From assembly GCA_963777315.1 (NCBI GenBank), contig CAVZQC010000002.1:224001-288000 (forward strand): a DNA stretch of 64,000 bases, given 5' to 3'. Shown here one piece after another: positions 1 to 9,012 of the stretch (positions are counted from its first letter, which is position 1; each line of letters begins with the position of its first letter). The notes beneath the pieces were generated by a model. The model saw nothing but the letters and a program-made list of their open reading frames with translations. It ran no database searches and had not been told where the DNA came from. The translations under genes were made by a program, and so were the position numbers. Source of the stretch: Vulcanimicrobiota bacterium. Its GTDB lineage: Bacteria > Vulcanimicrobiota > Vulcanimicrobiia > Vulcanimicrobiales > Vulcanimicrobiaceae.

Positions 1-706
1 GCATTACGCCGACGGAACCGTCGGGATCTACGTTCCGCCGCAGTATCGCGACCGCGGCGCGATCGACTTCGTCGTGCATTTTCACGGTTGGAACAACGAC
101 GTGCGCCGGGTGCTGGAGCGCTACAGGCTGCGCGAGCAGATCGATGCGAGCGCGCGCAACGCCGTTCTCATCGTGCCGCAAGGGCCCAAGGACGCACCCG
201 ACTCGGGTGACGGCAAGCTGGAACTGGACGCCGGCGGTTTTGCACGATTCATCGATGACGTCCTCGCTTGGCTGCGCGCAAACGGCGTGTCCGGTGCGGG
301 CCGTGTCGGGCAAATCGTGTTGACCGCGCACAGCGGCGGTTACGCAGGCGCCGGCGGCGCGCTGCAGCGCGGCGGAATGGATGCGAGCATCACCGACGTC
401 GTGCTGTTCGACGCAGCGTACGGCTATTACGACGCGTTTGCGAATTGGACGAACGGCGCGCCTTCACGACGATTGCTGAGCGTCTTCACCGACGACACCA
501 GCACGGGAAACACCGCGATCATGGGCATGGTGCAGGCTCCGCAGCCGAACATCTACGTGCGCTTGGGCGATTCGCTGTCGCAGACGCAGTTGGAAACGCG
601 CTCGCCGACGTTCGTTCTGACGACGAGCATCGCTCACGATGACTTGCTGACCGCTCGAAATTGGTACGCGATGTTTCTGCGAACCAGCGCGCTCACTCCG
701 GCTTGA
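1..706 (+). CDS. Alpha/beta-hydrolase-fold protein, 5'-truncated by the window edge
   Basis: Frame is open from base 2 (HYADGTVGIYVPPQY...VVHFHGW). Nucleophile-elbow-like LTAHSGG followed by VVLFDAAY. Confidence 0.6.
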   Translation, partial: HYADGTVGIYVPPQYRDRGAIDFVVHFHGWNNDVRRVLERYRLREQIDASARNAVLIVPQGPKDAPDSGDGKLELDAGGFARFIDDVLAWLRANGVSGAGRVGQIVLTAHSGGYAGAGGALQRGGMDASITDVVLFDAAYGYYDAFANWTNGAPSRRLLSVFTDDTSTGNTAIMGMVQAPQPNIYVRLGDSLSQTQLETRSPTFVLTTSIAHDDLLTARNWYAMFLRTSALTPA

Positions 707-1706
707 AGGGATCCATCCGATCGATGAAGTGGTTGAGCGTGCGCTTGAGCCAACTCTTTTTCGGCTTGGGCGGCGGCGTTTTCAGTACGACCTTGTGCGG
801 AACGGCCGCAGGCGGCGCGGTGACGACCGGCAGCGGTGTTGCGTCGGAGTACGCATCGGGCATGTCGCTCACGTCGTACGACGTGGGTTCGGTCGTGGGC
901 GCCGGCGTAGCGGCCGGTATCGCGATGGTCGCAATGCCTTGCGCGGGCTGCGGGGTAGGCGTGCTGCGCGCGGGACGCCGCACGCTAGGAGCAGGCGCGG
1001 CTAACACGCGGGCGCGCTCCACGTACGGCGCAGCAGCCGCTGCAGGCGTCGTCTGCCCGGTCGGTGCCGGAAGCGGCGTCGCAACGCGCGCCGCCGCTGC
1101 AGCGGGAGGCAGCGTCTTGACCAGCGCGGCCGTAGGCTTTTGCTCGCGCGGAAGGGGCGTCGCATAACCCGCGATCGGCATTGCGGCTTGCGGAAGCGGC
1201 GACGCGCCGTTTTGCGCGCGCACGCTGCTGAAGACTCGCTCGCCGGCCGCGCCCAACAACAGCAGCGCGACCGCCGCTATCGCGATTGCGACCGTCCGCG
1301 CACTGCCGCCATGCGATTCCTCACCGATGTCGATCGAGCGGTCCGCCGGAACGTGCTGGAGCACTGCGTTCGTAAACGTCGGGCCGAAAACCGGGATGGC
1401 GCGCAAATTGCTTTTGAGCAGCCGCGCGAACGCGTCCTTGAGCGCGCCTTCGCTGTGCGGCGCGCGCACGATCTGAACGAATTCTCGCCCGTCGAGCTCC
1501 TGCGCGCCGGAGCGCGGCGCCGTCGTGTCGTCCAACAGCAGCCGAACGAACTCGGCACGGTAGTACGCGCCCATACGCTCGCGCGCGTCGATGACGACCG
1601 ACCGGACGCGATCGGCCGACATGACGCCGACGTATCCGTCCAGCGCTTGAGCCAAAACAAACGGATCGGTCCTTGCAAGGACCCGGTCCAGACGGTGCGC
1701 GATCAC
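693..1706 (-). CDS. Hypothetical single-pass membrane protein with a Pro/Ala/Thr-rich C-terminal region
   Basis: Long ORF with hydrophobic segment TVAIAIAAVALLLLGAAG and a PAT-rich tail. GTG at 1706 chosen because TATACT lies 7 nt upstream. Confidence 0.6.
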   Translation of the reverse strand: MIAHRLDRVLARTDPFVLAQALDGYVGVMSADRVRSVVIDARERMGAYYRAEFVRLLLDDTTAPRSGAQELDGREFVQIVRAPHSEGALKDAFARLLKSNLRAIPVFGPTFTNAVLQHVPADRSIDIGEESHGGSARTVAIAIAAVALLLLGAAGERVFSSVRAQNGASPLPQAAMPIAGYATPLPREQKPTAALVKTLPPAAAAARVATPLPAPTGQTTPAAAAAPYVERARVLAAPAPSVRRPARSTPTPQPAQGIATIAIPAATPAPTTEPTSYDVSDMPDAYSDATPLPVVTAPPAAVPHKVVLKTPPPKPKKSWLKRTLNHFIDRMDPFKPE

Positions 1707-1821
1707 GACCGTAAGTATACCCGACCGGCGGCAAAATTCGCCAGGGCGAGCGGAACGGCCGCTGTTCGCCCGCTCGGCTTGGAAGCCAGGCCATCGTCGC
1801 GGCCGAACTGAAAACGCCGGT

Positions 1822-2964
1822 ATGATCGGCGCGTTGCACGTGTCATTGGAAGCGCTTGCCCGCAACGCGCGGACGCTGCGCGATCTCGTCGCGCCCTCGA
1901 AGGCCGCCTTCGTCGTCAAGGGCAACGCTTACGGGCACGGTCTAATCGCGGCGGCGCGCGCGCTGGAGCCGTTTGCGCATCGCTTGTGCGTTTACTCGCT
2001 CGATGAAGCGGCCGCGTTGCGCGATGCCGGCATCGCAAGCTCGATCTTGGTGATGGGCCCAATCGAAAGCGCGCACTTGGACGAAGCGTTTGCGCGCAAC
2101 GTCGAGATAGCGCTGTGGAACACCGGGCCGTACCTGGCTGCGGCCGCGCGCGTCGCAAACAAACGCCGCGGCCGCTTTCGCGTGCACGTGAAGATCGACA
2201 CGGGTACTGCCCGGCTTGGGCTCACGCCGGCCGACGCCGTCGACGCGATCGAGGACTACGCGCGCATGCCGGAGATCGAGATCGCCGGAGTGTTTTCGCA
2301 TTTGGCGGCCGCGGAAGAACTTGACACCGCATTCACATTCGCTCAACTCGAACGATTCCAGCACGTGTTACGAGCAGTGCACTCATCGTTGGATGCAAAG
2401 GGCGTTCGCCCGCTGCGCCACATCGCGTCCTCGGCAGCGGCGATGCTGTGGCCGCAGATGCGGCTGGACATGGCGCGCATCGGCATCGCAGCGTACGGGC
2501 TGTGGCCGTCGGCGCAGATCCGCTCGGCTGCCGGCGGAGAGCGAATCGAGCTGCAGCCGGCGCTCTCGTTCACGAGCAAACTCGCCGCGATACGCCACGT
2601 CGACGCCGGAACGCCCGTCGGCTACGGCGGCGCTTATCGCGCCGAGAAACCGACCCGAATCGGCACCGTACCGCTGGGCTACGCCGACGGAATACCGCGT
2701 CTGCTCTCCAATCGGGGCGAAATGCTCGTTTCAGGGGCCCGCTGCCCGATCGCCGGACGGGTATGTATGAACATGACGATGATCGATCTGGAGAACGCGC
2801 CGGATGCGGTTCCGGGCGACGCAGTGACGTTGACCGGCAGCCAAGATTCCGAACGCGTGGAAGCCGACGATTGGGCGCGCTGGGCGCAGACGATTGCATA
2901 CGAAATCGTCGCTCGTTTGCCCGCACACCTTCCCCGCTCGTTCGATCGAGAGCAAACGGCGTAG
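1822..2964 (+). CDS. alr: Alanine racemase
   Basis: VVKGNAYGHG PLP-lysine motif, HVKIDTG..RLG, FSHLA, GYADG, GRVCMN, TIAYEI. Confidence 0.95.
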   Translation: MIGALHVSLEALARNARTLRDLVAPSKAAFVVKGNAYGHGLIAAARALEPFAHRLCVYSLDEAAALRDAGIASSILVMGPIESAHLDEAFARNVEIALWNTGPYLAAAARVANKRRGRFRVHVKIDTGTARLGLTPADAVDAIEDYARMPEIEIAGVFSHLAAAEELDTAFTFAQLERFQHVLRAVHSSLDAKGVRPLRHIASSAAAMLWPQMRLDMARIGIAAYGLWPSAQIRSAAGGERIELQPALSFTSKLAAIRHVDAGTPVGYGGAYRAEKPTRIGTVPLGYADGIPRLLSNRGEMLVSGARCPIAGRVCMNMTMIDLENAPDAVPGDAVTLTGSQDSERVEADDWARWAQTIAYEIVARLPAHLPRSFDREQTA

Positions 2965-2967
2965 ACA

Positions 2968-4116
2968 GTGCTAGTCGTCAGCGTGAACGATCGTCCTCTC
3001 GACGTGCCTGCCGTCGTACGGCGCGGCCGCGCCATGGTTCCGACGCGCGCGACGTTCGGCGCGCTCGGCGCGACTGTATCGTACGATCCGAATTCCCGCG
3101 CAATCGTTGCGTACACCGCCGAGCACGCCGTGCGCATGACGATCGGCGTGAACGCCGCGCTCGTGGACGGGCGCGACGTGCGCTTGGACGCGCCGCCGCT
3201 AGTCCTCGGCGCGCGCACGTACGTGCCGTTGCGATTCGTTGCGCAGGCGATGGGAGCCGCAGTTGCGTTCGATTCCGGCATGGTAAGCGTTACGATGCAG
3301 CATGCGAGCGCGACTGCGCAGACCGTCCCGGTTTCTGCGTTGGATCCGCCGGCGGACGCGACAATCGCCACGGCCTATCCGACGATCTCCGCATCGCTGG
3401 GCAGCGCGAACGCCGCGCGCGCCGACGTCACGCTCACGCTCGATGGGCAAGACGTTACGGCGCCGGCTTCATTCGACGGCTCTACGATTACCTTCATGCC
3501 GCGAACGGGGCTCGCGCGCGGAACGCACCAGGTCGCGTTCACCGGACGCACCGATGCGGGCCGTTCTTTTTCCGCGAGCTGGTCGTTCGCGACAACCCTT
3601 GCAGCACCGCCGGATCCCGGACCCGACCTCTATACCGATTACGGCTACCGCTTTTACGTCGACGGCGCAAATGCGTTCTATCCCGGCGATTGGATGCATT
3701 TCGTGCTCGTCGCGCCGCCGGGCGGCAGTGCGGTGCTGCAGCTGTGCGGTTTGGGATATCAATACGGATTCTGGAACGGCGGCTACGGCGCGACATACCA
3801 AGCCGACGTGGCTGCGCCGCTGGGGTATTGGCTCCCGAGCTGTCAAGTGACGGCGATCTATACGTCGTGGAACGGGGCGCGCACGTACGTTCCGATTCCG
3901 CTGTTCGTCGGTCTCTACACGCATCCGCAATTTACGCCGCAGCCGGCGCGCACGCCGGCGCCGACGCCGACGCCCAAACGCACTGCCGCACCCATCGCGG
4001 CGCCTACGCCGACGATTGCGCCGATGCGTACGCCTGCGCCCACGCGAACGTACCGGCCGGTGCACCCGCCGCCGGTGCGCCCACCGCCTGCGCGTCCGCG
4101 GCCGACGCCCCGATAA
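2968..4116 (+). CDS. Copper amine oxidase N-terminal (stalk) domain surface protein with Pro-rich tail
   Basis: GRAMVPTRATFGALGATVSYD and ARTYVPLRFVAQAMGAAVAFD motifs, then Ig-like segments and a PT-rich C-terminus. Confidence 0.8.
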   Translation: MLVVSVNDRPLDVPAVVRRGRAMVPTRATFGALGATVSYDPNSRAIVAYTAEHAVRMTIGVNAALVDGRDVRLDAPPLVLGARTYVPLRFVAQAMGAAVAFDSGMVSVTMQHASATAQTVPVSALDPPADATIATAYPTISASLGSANAARADVTLTLDGQDVTAPASFDGSTITFMPRTGLARGTHQVAFTGRTDAGRSFSASWSFATTLAAPPDPGPDLYTDYGYRFYVDGANAFYPGDWMHFVLVAPPGGSAVLQLCGLGYQYGFWNGGYGATYQADVAAPLGYWLPSCQVTAIYTSWNGARTYVPIPLFVGLYTHPQFTPQPARTPAPTPTPKRTAAPIAAPTPTIAPMRTPAPTRTYRPVHPPPVRPPPARPRPTPR

Positions 4117-4126
4117 TCTTGGGCGA

Positions 4127-4873
4127 TCAGCTCAGCGCTGCAATCGCTTCCTTCAAATCCAGCGTCTGCTCGTACAACGCTCGTCCGATCACGCACGCAT
4201 CGACGTTCGCCGGAGCTCGTTCGCGCAGGGTGCGAAGATGGTCTATCGTCCGCGCGCCGCCGCTGACCGTTACCTTGAGTTCGGCAACGCCGGCGACTTC
4301 GCTCAGCGCCTGCAGATCGTAGCCTTCGCCCGTTCCGAATCGGCCGATTTCGGTAAAGATCACGCGGCCGACGCCCCATTGCGCCACGCGCCGCACCAGC
4401 GCATCCCGGTCGACGGGCGTGCCTTCTTGCCAGCCCCGAACGGCAACGCGATCGCCGCGCGCATCTATGCCGGCGAAGACCTTGTCGCCCAGCGATCCGA
4501 TGATGTTGCGCGCGGTGCGCTCGTCTTGTACCAGCAGCGTTCCGAGAATCAGATACGATGCACCCGCGTCCAGACGGGCTTGCGCGTGCGCGAGCGTGCG
4601 GATTCCACCGCCGGTCTGCACCGGCACGTCGACCGCGCGGCAAATGCGCGCGATGGCTTGATTGTTCTCGCCCGACCCGAACGCGCCGTCAAGATCGATC
4701 ACGTGCAGCTGGCGCGCGCCGTCGGCGACGAACGCTTTGGCCTGCTCGACCGGATCCGTACCGTACGCGCGTGCGCGGTCGGGATCGCCTTGCTGCGTGC
4801 GTACGCACTTGCCGCCGCGCAGATCGATGGCCGGTATGACGAGCAGGGGATGCCCCGGCTTGCCGTCGGTCAC
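4127..4873 (-). CDS. hisA: ProFAR isomerase HisA family
   Basis: VIPAIDLRGGKCVR, LHVIDLDGAF, VQTGGGIR, SGG, IGRALY. GTG start overlaps the gltA stop (GTGA). Confidence 0.88.
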   Translation of the reverse strand: MTDGKPGHPLLVIPAIDLRGGKCVRTQQGDPDRARAYGTDPVEQAKAFVADGARQLHVIDLDGAFGSGENNQAIARICRAVDVPVQTGGGIRTLAHAQARLDAGASYLILGTLLVQDERTARNIIGSLGDKVFAGIDARGDRVAVRGWQEGTPVDRDALVRRVAQWGVGRVIFTEIGRFGTGEGYDLQALSEVAGVAELKVTVSGGARTIDHLRTLRERAPANVDACVIGRALYEQTLDLKEAIAALS

Positions 4874-6081
4874 TCGTGGAGCGCCTGCGAAGTCCCGTTG
4901 CCCGATCGCCGTTCTATCGGTTCGAACGGATGCACGGCCGGTCCCGAGTACGTCGCTTGCGGGCGAATCAAACGGTTGTCGTGCAGCTGTTCGAGAATAT
5001 GCGCGGTCCAGCCGGCAATGCGGCCGCACGCGAAGATCGGCGTGAACTCTTCACCGGGAAAACCCAAACTGTAGAACAGCGGCGCACTGTAGAAATCGAC
5101 GTTGGCGTAGATGCTCTTGCCCGGTTTGGTTTCTTGCAGCACTTCGTTTGAAGCATCCTCGAGCGCCCGCGCTATCGCGTACCACTTGGGGTCGGTGATC
5201 TCACTGAGCTTCTTTGCAGCTGCTTCCAAATGTTTGGCGCGCGGATCGCGCACTTTGTATTCGCGATGGCCCATGCCCATGATCCGTTCGCCGCGAGCGA
5301 GAACTTCGCGCACGTACGGCTGCGCACGTTCGGGTTTGCCGATCTCGAGCAGCACGCGACCGACGGCGCTGGCCGCGCCCCCGTGAGCCTCTCCCTGAAG
5401 CGTCGCAATGGCTGCGGTTACTGCGGCATACAGATCGGCTTTGGTCGAAGCAGTTACGCGCGCCGAAAACGTGGACGCGTTATACGAATGATCCGCCAGC
5501 AGCACCAAATACGTGTCCATCGCTTCCTCGGCGATGACGGTCGGCACTTGTCCGCGACACATGTACAGAAAGTTGGACGCCTGCGAAAGGTCCGTGCGCG
5601 GTTCGATCGGATCCAGTCCGCGGCGAATGCGATCCCACATCGCCACGATCGTCGGCACTTTTGCAACGAGTTCGATCGCAACGTGCACGTCGGATTCATG
5701 CGCGCCCTTGGGATCCACCGGCACGAACAATCCCAAACCCGACAGAATGGTTCGCAGCACGTCCATGGGCCAAGCGTCTTTGGGCGCGCGCTCCATTGCG
5801 TTGATCAACGGCTCGGGAATCAGACGGTGAGCTCCGAGCTCTTTTTTGAGCAGTTCCAATTCGGCGCAAGTGGGCAGATGGCCGTAGAGCAGCAGGTGAA
5901 CGACTTCTTCGAAGCATGCGTGCGGCGCGAGATCGTCGATGTCGTAGCCGCGGTACGTCAGCCGGCCTTGCTTGCCTTCGACGTTGCTGAGCAGCGTGCT
6001 GCCGACGACGACGCCTTCGAGACCGCGATCGACGACAATGCCGGTGGTGGACAGTCTGCGTTCCTCCGGGTGGATGGTCAT
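4870..6081 (-). CDS. gltA: Citrate synthase / 2-methylcitrate synthase family
   Basis: GLEGVV, LTYRGYDI, ADHSYNASTF, HGGA, MGMGHREYK..DPR, NVDFYS, RLIRP. Confidence 0.92.
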   Translation of the reverse strand: MTIHPEERRLSTTGIVVDRGLEGVVVGSTLLSNVEGKQGRLTYRGYDIDDLAPHACFEEVVHLLLYGHLPTCAELELLKKELGAHRLIPEPLINAMERAPKDAWPMDVLRTILSGLGLFVPVDPKGAHESDVHVAIELVAKVPTIVAMWDRIRRGLDPIEPRTDLSQASNFLYMCRGQVPTVIAEEAMDTYLVLLADHSYNASTFSARVTASTKADLYAAVTAAIATLQGEAHGGAASAVGRVLLEIGKPERAQPYVREVLARGERIMGMGHREYKVRDPRAKHLEAAAKKLSEITDPKWYAIARALEDASNEVLQETKPGKSIYANVDFYSAPLFYSLGFPGEEFTPIFACGRIAGWTAHILEQLHDNRLIRPQATYSGPAVHPFEPIERRSGNGTSQALHE

Positions 6082-6121
6082 CCGGGCTTTCGGCGCGTCG
6101 CGCGAAGACCCCCGGTCGCGC

Positions 6122-7030
6122 CTAGGTTGGAGCCTGCTCCTTATTTTGCGCGTACTGCCGCGGATCGAAGTACCACGACGGCAGCGCACTGGGGAAGGAA
6201 ATGTCCTCGAAGCTGAAGTCCACGGTTCTGCCGTCGCCGCCGTAGACGGTTTGCGTGCCGTCGGCCTCTATGCGCGGCTCCACGATGCCGTGCAGCTTGG
6301 TAATCACCAAAACGCCTTGCAAATATCCCAGCGTGTACGTGAACGTTACCGGAAAGGTGCCCTGATCGTCGGTAAAGAGCCGGTCGTGCGCGACGATCTT
6401 ACGCAGCTCGTAGTTGTGCTTGTCCACCCAGATTTCGCGCAAGACGTTGCGCTCGGCATCGCGACGCGGTTTCAGAACTAAATCGAGGAGATTGCCTTCG
6501 ACCGTCATCTTGGGCACGTAATACTCCGATTCGCCGAAGGAGACGACCGAGGTGATCGTTTTGAGCGGTGCGGCGGACGGTTCGGGCGTGGGAACGTACG
6601 AGAGCGGATTGGGATGCTGCCTGATGGGCGCAGGAGCGAAGACGTCGACGGTCGGAGGGCCGGGATCCGTCGCCTCGTTCAGCTCCGGGCGCTGAAACGT
6701 CAAGTCGCCCTCATAATCGTCGCGAAAAAGCTTGCGCGTGAGCGCCGCGCGATCCACATTGCGCACCCAGTACTTCGTCGTGTACGAGTTGGCGTAATCG
6801 GGATAGCCGTAGTTCGTCATCTGGGTGCGCACCATGGTGTACACTTCGTACGGCGGCGGCGGCCGGTGCGACCGAAAGACGCGCCGGACGTACCCCAGCA
6901 CGCGCACCGGCGTTAACGTTTGATACGGCGGCAAGGTCGATGCCGGCGCCGGATCGGCCGCGCGCGTGGGCAGTACGGTATAGGGAACGGCAAGCGCAGC
7001 AATCAGCAACGCAACCCAGGCAAATCTCAT
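6122..7030 (-). CDS. Hypothetical secreted protein
   Basis: Signal-peptide-like N-terminus (MRFAWVALLIAALAVP...), protein-like composition, beta-rich C-terminal half. Confidence 0.7.
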   Translation of the reverse strand: MRFAWVALLIAALAVPYTVLPTRAADPAPASTLPPYQTLTPVRVLGYVRRVFRSHRPPPPYEVYTMVRTQMTNYGYPDYANSYTTKYWVRNVDRAALTRKLFRDDYEGDLTFQRPELNEATDPGPPTVDVFAPAPIRQHPNPLSYVPTPEPSAAPLKTITSVVSFGESEYYVPKMTVEGNLLDLVLKPRRDAERNVLREIWVDKHNYELRKIVAHDRLFTDDQGTFPVTFTYTLGYLQGVLVITKLHGIVEPRIEADGTQTVYGGDGRTVDFSFEDISFPSALPSWYFDPRQYAQNKEQAPT

Positions 7031-7118
7031 AAGCTCTCGTTACAACGTCGCGTATCTCGCTTAACGTTGCCTGAGCGCCGGCAGTGACACAAATTTAACC
7101 CGCCGTTCATCTGCGCTG

Positions 7119-8069
7119 CTACCGTGCGAGAACCGGCTCCCCGCTGCGTCCAAGCGCGTATCCGACGAGGCGCTCGACCAGTGCATCGTACGATATGCCG
7201 ACCGCACCGCAGGCATCCGGCAGCAGGCTGGTGGGCGTCAACCCCGGGAGCGCGTTGATCTCCAGCACGTAAGGACGCCCCTCGTTGCTCACGATGAAGT
7301 CGGTGCGCGAGTAATCGCGCAACCCGAGCAAGCGATGCGTGGAAAGCGCGAGCATTTGAAGCCGCGCGGCCAGATCCTCGCCGATCTTGGCGGGAACGAT
7401 GTGCGTGCTTCCGCCCGGTGCGTACTTGGCTTCGTACGTGTAAAACTCGTCGCGGTTGGCGACGATCTCGATGAGCGGGAGCGCTTCCTCGCCCAAAACG
7501 CCGCAGTGCAGCTCGCGTCCGGGAATGAACTCCTCGGCGACGATTTCGGTGTACTCTTCGGCCGCCTGGATCATTGCCTGCGTCCATTGTTCGTGCGTCC
7601 TGACGATCGAAACGCCCTTGCTGCTGCCTTCGTAACGCGGTTTGACGACCAGCGGCAGGTCGAGCGAACCGGGCAACAGCGGAAGCGTACCGCCCGTGAG
7701 ATCGAAGAGATCCCACGCCGCCGTCGGCAGGCCTTCGGCGGCGCAAAGTTTCTTGGTCAAATGCTTGTCCATCGCGAGCGCCGCGGATTCGATGCCGCTG
7801 CCCGTATACGGAATGCGCAGGTACTCCAGGATGCCTTGAATCTGGCCGTCCTCGCCGCCCGGACCGTGCAGCGCGTTGAACACGACGTCGGGCCGCATTT
7901 CCCGCAGCGCGTCGATAAAGCGGTGATCGTAGTCGATGGGCTGCGCATCGTATCCGAGATCGTGCAATGCGCGCATGACGCCCGAGCCGGTCTGAATCGA
8001 AACTTCCCGCTCGGCGCTGCTGCCGCCCATCGCGACGGCGACTTTGGCTTTCTGCTTACTCTTGGTCAT
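7119..8069 (-). CDS. ddl: D-alanine--D-alanine ligase
   Basis: GGSSAEREVS, LHGPGGEDG, MDKHLTK, GSSKG, YEAKY, LEINALPGLT. Confidence 0.95.
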   Translation of the reverse strand: MTKSKQKAKVAVAMGGSSAEREVSIQTGSGVMRALHDLGYDAQPIDYDHRFIDALREMRPDVVFNALHGPGGEDGQIQGILEYLRIPYTGSGIESAALAMDKHLTKKLCAAEGLPTAAWDLFDLTGGTLPLLPGSLDLPLVVKPRYEGSSKGVSIVRTHEQWTQAMIQAAEEYTEIVAEEFIPGRELHCGVLGEEALPLIEIVANRDEFYTYEAKYAPGGSTHIVPAKIGEDLAARLQMLALSTHRLLGLRDYSRTDFIVSNEGRPYVLEINALPGLTPTSLLPDACGAVGISYDALVERLVGYALGRSGEPVLAR

Positions 8070-9012
8070 CTACGAATACGCCGACCAGATGAACCTCCAT
8101 GGCAAGGTCTATGCCGAAACGATCGGCGACGGCGCGGTGCACGCGTGCGAGCAGCGTTGCGACGTCTTTTGCGCTCGCGCCGGCGACGTTGTTGATGAAA
8201 TTGGCGTGCAGCGGCGAAACTTCCGCGCCGCCTTCGCGCCATCCCTTGGCCCCGGCAGCTTCGATCAGACGCGCCGCCTTATCCCCCGGCGGATTGCGGA
8301 AACAGGAACCGGCATTGGGCAGCGCGATCGGCTGCGTATCCTTGCGGCGCACCAGGCGCCGCTGCAGCTCTGCGCGCACCTCTTTCGGATCCGCGCGCTC
8401 GAACCGCAACGTTACCCGCGAAACGACGGCGTCGCGAGAAAGCGACGTGTGGCGATAGTAGTACTGCACGGTCACCGGATGCGGATCGGGTTTCGCGGGC
8501 GATTGCACCCACACTTCGCGCACGAATTCGCCGATCTCTTTGTCGGTGCCCGCGTTCATTCGCAGCGAACCGCCCACGCTGCCCGGAATACCGGCCAGCG
8601 AAGCGATCCCAAGCGCGCCGGCGGAAGCGGCTTTTGCGGTGAGCAGCGCCATCGAGGCCGAAGCCCCCGCGCCGACGACTACCGCGCCGTTTTCAACAGC
8701 CGCCGCGATCTTTGCGAACTCCCCGGACAAACGCAGCACCAAACCGCGAATGCCGCCGTCTCCGACCAGCAAATTGCTTCCGCTTCCAAGCACCATCCAC
8801 GGCGTTTTACGCCGGGCGCAGAATCGCATCAGCGCGCCGAGCTGCAATTCGCTTTCGACGACGACCCATGCATCGGCGGCGCCCCCGATCTTCCACGACG
8901 TGTATGGCGCAAGCGGTTCGTCGAAACGAACGCCTCCAGGACAGATGCCTTCCAGCTCGCGGCGATCGCCGTCGGTCAAGGCGCTCGCGGCGCCGGCAAC
9001 CGCGCAGCTCAT
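8056..9012 (-). CDS. murB: UDP-N-acetylmuramate dehydrogenase
   Basis: WKIGGAAD, LGSGSNLL, GIPGSVGG..RMNAG, QP...PNAGSCFRNP, HANFI. Confidence 0.95.
   Translation of the reverse strand: MSCAVAGAASALTDGDRRELEGICPGGVRFDEPLAPYTSWKIGGAADAWVVVESELQLGALMRFCARRKTPWMVLGSGSNLLVGDGGIRGLVLRLSGEFAKIAAAVENGAVVVGAGASASMALLTAKAASAGALGIASLAGIPGSVGGSLRMNAGTDKEIGEFVREVWVQSPAKPDPHPVTVQYYYRHTSLSRDAVVSRVTLRFERADPKEVRAELQRRLVRRKDTQPIALPNAGSCFRNPPGDKAARLIEAAGAKGWREGGAEVSPLHANFINNVAGASAKDVATLLARVHRAVADRFGIDLAMEVHLVGVFVDDQE

Noticed and set aside
2448..4322. Many long alternative-frame ORFs, such as this 624-aa one and 8712..10601
   Set aside because: Arg/Ala-rich shadow ORFs expected in high-GC DNA, overlapping well-supported genes.
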